DNA from: Thermodesulfobacteriota bacterium
GTDB lineage: Bacteria > Desulfobacterota_D > UBA1144 > Nemesobacterales > JAJCZQ01
Direction of reading: 5' to 3'
NCBI GenBank assembly: GCA_965203965.1
Contig: CBDBDR010000017.1
Span: 1,280,001-1,344,000 of the forward strand
DNA: 64,000 nucleotides
Position numbers and translations under genes: made by a program. Numbering within the stretch: position 1 is the first letter of the stretch; each line of letters starts with the position of its first letter. Below, in pieces: positions 60,315 through 64,000 of the stretch. The notes below the pieces were generated by a model that had not been told where the DNA came from, ran no database searches, and saw nothing but the letters and a program-made list of their open reading frames with translations.

Positions 60315-62516
60315 TCATTTTTTGATCAGTTCTATCATCTTATCCGGATCATTTGTTGGAAGTTGGCACGTAAAGTTTTCACAGACGTAAGCAGTGGCTT
60401 TATTGTTAATCATTCTTTGTGGCTTGGTGAACAGTGCGATTTTTTCTATGGCGGTGGAGTTTTCCTCCCGAAGAAGCACTACCTTGTTTGGAATATAGTT
60501 TTCACGAAACTTGATGATCATGGATTTTGTGTCTTTGGAGTCCTTGTTACCTGAAATAACAATTTCATACGATTTTCCAACTGCAAAGTCCAATGCCACC
60601 ATAAACATAGTATGAGATATTGGCAAGTGGTTCAAAGATGAGGAAAACGCGGAGGCAAGATCAGTTGATAGCTTTTCATATCGTGGATCTGATGTCATCC
60701 TTGACAGTTTGAGGAGATTGTACATTGCCACGGAATTACCAGAGGGAACTGCCCCATCATATATTTCTTTTTGACGAACCAGTAATTTTTCTCCGTCAGA
60801 GGGGGTGAAATAAAATCCGAGATTATCCTTGTCCCAAAAAAGGTCTATCATCTGTTCTGTAAGCTCAATAGCTTGTTCCAGATGTTTTAGGTCAAACGTG
60901 GATTCATAAAGTTCAATCAGTCCCCAGATCAAGAAGGCGTAATCGTCAATATTTGCAAGGATACCGGACTCTCCGTTCCTATATCTGTGAAGAAGTCGGG
61001 ATTCCTTGTATAAATTCCTGTTTATAAAATCTACCGAACGCTCTGCTGCTCGCGTGTATGATTTATTGCCAAACACTCTTCCCCCTTTTGCAAGTGCAGT
61101 GATCATAAGCCCGTTCCAGTCTGTTATTACCTTGTCATCCTTAGAGGGGTGAATACGCTTTTCGCGATATTCAAACAGTTTCTGTCTTGCTTGTTCCAAT
61201 CGCTTTTCAAGATCATCCACCTTTATATTCAACTCTTTTGCGATCAGAGATAGGTCTTTGCTGAGATGAAGTATATTTGTGCCGGTTTTTTTGCCGACCA
61301 TTTCATCAAGAAAATTTCCTTCTTTTTGGATATTGTAAACTTTTAATATCAATTCCCCTTCGCTTTTGCCCAAGATATCAAGGATTTCATCTTCCTTCCA
61401 CAGATAAAACTTTCCTTCTTTTCCTTCACTATCGGCATCTTCAGCGGAATAAAATCCGCCTTCAGGCGAGGTCATTTCTCTCATCACATAACTAAAGATC
61501 CGCTCTGCTGTTAATTTGAGACCCCGTTGTTTGGTCAACTGATATGCTTCAGTGTAAGCCATTGCGAGAAGAGCTTGATCGTAAAGCATCTTTTCAAAAT
61601 GAGGCACAAGCCATTCCGTATCCGTTGAATACCTGTGAAAGCCAAAACCCACGTGGTCAAATATCCCACCCATGCTCATTTTTGTAAGAGTGTTTAATAC
61701 CATGTCCAAGGCACGTGAATTGTCTGTGCGTTGTGCATATCTAAGGAGAAATAAAAGATTATGTGGCGTTGGAAATTTAGGTCGGTTGCCAAATCCTCCG
61801 TGCTTTGGGTCATACTTGCCTGCAAGCTGTTCATAAGCACGGTTCAATGTTATCATGCCAGTCTCTTCACTTGATCGTAGCCTTGAGGGGTCTGCTGCAA
61901 CTGTTAGTGTTTCGGCAACACTGTCAGCAGATTTTAGGAGTTTTTCGCGATCATTCTTCCAAAGCTCTTTAATGCGGGGAACCAATTCCATCATACCAAG
62001 TCTTTGATACCTGCTGTTCTTAGGTATATACGTGGCAGCATAGAAAGGTTTTTTATCAGCGGTCATAAAGACATTAAGGGGCCATCCACAGTTACCTTGG
62101 GATAGTATCTGACAAACAACCATATAGATATTGTCAATGTCGGGTCTTTCTTCCCTGTCAACCTTGATTGAAATAAATGTGTCGTTCATCAAATCTGCTA
62201 CCTCTTTGTCCTCAAATGATTCATGCTCCATCACGTGGCACCAGTGGCAGGTTGAATAGCCGATGGAGAGAAGAACCGGTTTGTCTTCCTTTTTTGCTTT
62301 TTCAAATGCTTCACTTCCCCATGGATACCAGTCAACGGGATTGTCCGCGTGCTGGAGTAAGTAGGGGCTTTTTTCATTTTTGAGCCTGTTCATTTTTTTG
62401 TAATTGCCTTTTTCAGCTACAACTTCAGCAGGATAGACGTTAAAAATAATTAGTAAAAAAAATATCTTTAGCATCGTTATGGCTGAATAAACGATCGTTT
62501 TGCCTGAATATGGCAT
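60315..62516 (-). CDS. Thioredoxin-domain / glycosidase-like barrel protein (YyaL/SSP411, DUF255)
   Basis: [31 protein letters not shown] and DADSEG motifs; start uncertain. Confidence 0.92.
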   Translation of the reverse strand: MPYSGKTIVYSAITMLKIFFLLIIFNVYPAEVVAEKGNYKKMNRLKNEKSPYLLQHADNPVDWYPWGSEAFEKAKKEDKPVLLSIGYSTCHWCHVMEHESFEDKEVADLMNDTFISIKVDREERPDIDNIYMVVCQILSQGNCGWPLNVFMTADKKPFYAATYIPKNSRYQRLGMMELVPRIKELWKNDREKLLKSADSVAETLTVAADPSRLRSSEETGMITLNRAYEQLAGKYDPKHGGFGNRPKFPTPHNLLFLLRYAQRTDNSRALDMVLNTLTKMSMGGIFDHVGFGFHRYSTDTEWLVPHFEKMLYDQALLAMAYTEAYQLTKQRGLKLTAERIFSYVMREMTSPEGGFYSAEDADSEGKEGKFYLWKEDEILDILGKSEGELILKVYNIQKEGNFLDEMVGKKTGTNILHLSKDLSLIAKELNIKVDDLEKRLEQARQKLFEYREKRIHPSKDDKVITDWNGLMITALAKGGRVFGNKSYTRAAERSVDFINRNLYKESRLLHRYRNGESGILANIDDYAFLIWGLIELYESTFDLKHLEQAIELTEQMIDLFWDKDNLGFYFTPSDGEKLLVRQKEIYDGAVPSGNSVAMYNLLKLSRMTSDPRYEKLSTDLASAFSSSLNHLPISHTMFMVALDFAVGKSYEIVISGNKDSKDTKSMIIKFRENYIPNKVVLLREENSTAIEKIALFTKPQRMINNKATAYVCENFTCQLPTNDPDKMIELIKK

Positions 62517-62644
62517 TTTTACCCACTGCTCTTTTGCTTGTCTGTTATTTAGTTTACCTTAAATTCTTTTCTTACTTTTTTTGAAGTAATTTTTGTCAAC
62601 GTGGTTATATTGAAGTGCCAAGAGAACATACACCTGTTTGAAGG

Positions 62645-63067
62645 GTGAGTAAAATGGAAAAAGATTTGATAAGTAAAGCCGGTGTCGTTGTTTACAGGAA
62701 AAAGAAGAACGGAGAGATTGAAGTTTTGCTAATAAGTGCCAGAAAGCATAAAGGTTCATGGGTGTTTCCTGTTGGAACAGTTGAGGACCATGAGACGCTA
62801 CGGGTAACTGCTACGAGGGAATGCGAGGAAGAAAGTGGTTATATTGTTGAGGTAGAGGACGAGGTCGGCATGGTTAAAATTCCGAGCGAAACCACAGTGG
62901 GTTACTACACTTTTTACAAAGCCACAGTTTTGCAGGAGACGGATAATTATGAAAAGGACAGGAAACGCAAGTGGGTTGGCTTGGATGACCTGGTGGAAAA
63001 TATAGCAGATGTTTTTCTGCCAGTAGCAAAAAGTTTTATTAAAAACCTTGAGATGAGTTCAAGTTAG
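62645..63067 (+). CDS. NUDIX hydrolase
   Basis: GTVEDHETLRVTATRECEEESG Nudix box. Confidence 0.88.
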   Translation: MSKMEKDLISKAGVVVYRKKKNGEIEVLLISARKHKGSWVFPVGTVEDHETLRVTATRECEEESGYIVEVEDEVGMVKIPSETTVGYYTFYKATVLQETDNYEKDRKRKWVGLDDLVENIADVFLPVAKSFIKNLEMSSS

Positions 63068-63093
63068 CAAAATTACAGATTTAGCGAGGTCTT

Positions 63094-63864
63094 ATGAAAG
63101 ATTTGTATTCTTCAATTGCACATATTTACAGGAGTCTAAGGGTTACGGACTCCGAACCAATTATCTACATCAAAGATAAACTGAAAGACTTGGACAAAAT
63201 ACAAGCGGCAGACGTAGGTGCAGGTGCGGGTAGGTATGCAAAACTCCTGTTTGAGTATTTGGGCAACGAAAGGTTATTTCTGAACTGCTTTGATACAAAT
63301 GAGTATATGTTGAAAAGTCTCAGCGACTATTTGGAAGATAATGATGTATCCAATTTTAGTTCAAGGATAGCGGCAGCAGAAGAGATGCCTTTGGGAAATA
63401 AAGAGCTTGATTGCATATTTTCCTTTAACTCTATTCATCATTTTAAGATCTATAATTTTTTTGAAGAGGCGATAAGAGTTTTAAAAGACGGTGGTAGGAT
63501 ATTCATTTACACAAGAACAAGGTCTCAGAATGAAAATAGTATATGGGGACGTTACTTTCCTCTTTTTGTGAGAAAAGAGTCCAGACTTTATGAACCTGAT
63601 GAGCTTGCTTTTAAACTGGAAAGAGCACCGGGTCTTGAACTTTTGGAAACAAAAGAATTCAACTTTAACAGAGATGATACGATCCAAAATCTTATTCAAA
63701 GAGCATCAAGCAGGCACTATTCCGCATTTTTTATGTATGAGCAGAAGGAATTTGATGCAGCCTTGAAAACTTTTGGGTCAAATCTTGTGAAAAACTACCC
63801 GGATCCAGACCACGTGAAATGGGTAGATGGGAAAATAATGTTTATAGTCAAAAAGACGGGGTAG
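63094..63864 (+). CDS. Class I SAM-dependent methyltransferase
   Basis: DVGAGAG, SIHHF and RVLKDGG motifs. Confidence 0.88.
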   Translation: MKDLYSSIAHIYRSLRVTDSEPIIYIKDKLKDLDKIQAADVGAGAGRYAKLLFEYLGNERLFLNCFDTNEYMLKSLSDYLEDNDVSNFSSRIAAAEEMPLGNKELDCIFSFNSIHHFKIYNFFEEAIRVLKDGGRIFIYTRTRSQNENSIWGRYFPLFVRKESRLYEPDELAFKLERAPGLELLETKEFNFNRDDTIQNLIQRASSRHYSAFFMYEQKEFDAALKTFGSNLVKNYPDPDHVKWVDGKIMFIVKKTG

Positions 63865-63880
63865 GTAGAAGTTAGGCGGA

Positions 63881-64000
63881 TCAAATTAATTTTTTTATGT
63901 TTGAGGATTTGGTTATGGAAAAAATATAAGGAGGAATCTCTTTTTCAACGGCTTTGATTATCTTGTCCAATGCCTTTTCAATTATCTGTGCCATTTTCGT
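63881..64000 (-). CDS. Possible 3' end of a gene entering from beyond the window
   Basis: Open 40-codon frame TKMAQIIEKALDKIIKAVEKE...LI* running from the edge. Confidence 0.3.
   Translation of the reverse strand, partial: TKMAQIIEKALDKIIKAVEKEIPPYIFSITKSSNIKKLI

Overview
AT-rich bacterial chromosomal segment. Gene content and style suggest an aerobic Dadabacteria/deltaproteobacterial-like lineage; this is inference only. About 90% is housekeeping: mrdA-rodA, a complete A2-type caa3 cytochrome c oxidase operon (SCO, coxBACD, ctaA, ctaB), uvrA, glyA-nrdR-tatD-pdxA, a sirtuin, nuoABCD+I, an AccA-AccD fusion, a GH65 phosphorylase with beta-PGM, ffh-rpsP-khpA-rimM-trmD-rplS, polA-dacB, rsmA, gap-pgk-fbaB, argC-rhodanese-sufE-sufU, htpX and mnmG. 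The accessory region at about 49.5-56.4 kb is a small defence-like island: a beta-class MTase fused to an Mrr-like domain, plus an HTH-ImmA/IrrE peptidase and a PIN/DUF4411-like gene. A 3,683-bp IS1595-family cargo element has inserted into it (50988-54670; perfect 23-bp TIRs, 8-bp AAAATTAA target duplication). The element carries (i) a type IV pilin-like gene behind a sigma70 promoter and a roughly 190-nt structured leader with two mutually exclusive pairings, one of which masks the ribosome-binding region (c4/CI-RNA-like switch), (ii) two paralogous small membrane-protein genes in inverted orientation around the central transposase, sharing a 106-bp near-identical core, and (iii) a small basic ORF. 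This element is the best candidate here for an undescribed system. No rRNA, tRNA or CRISPR array was recognised.
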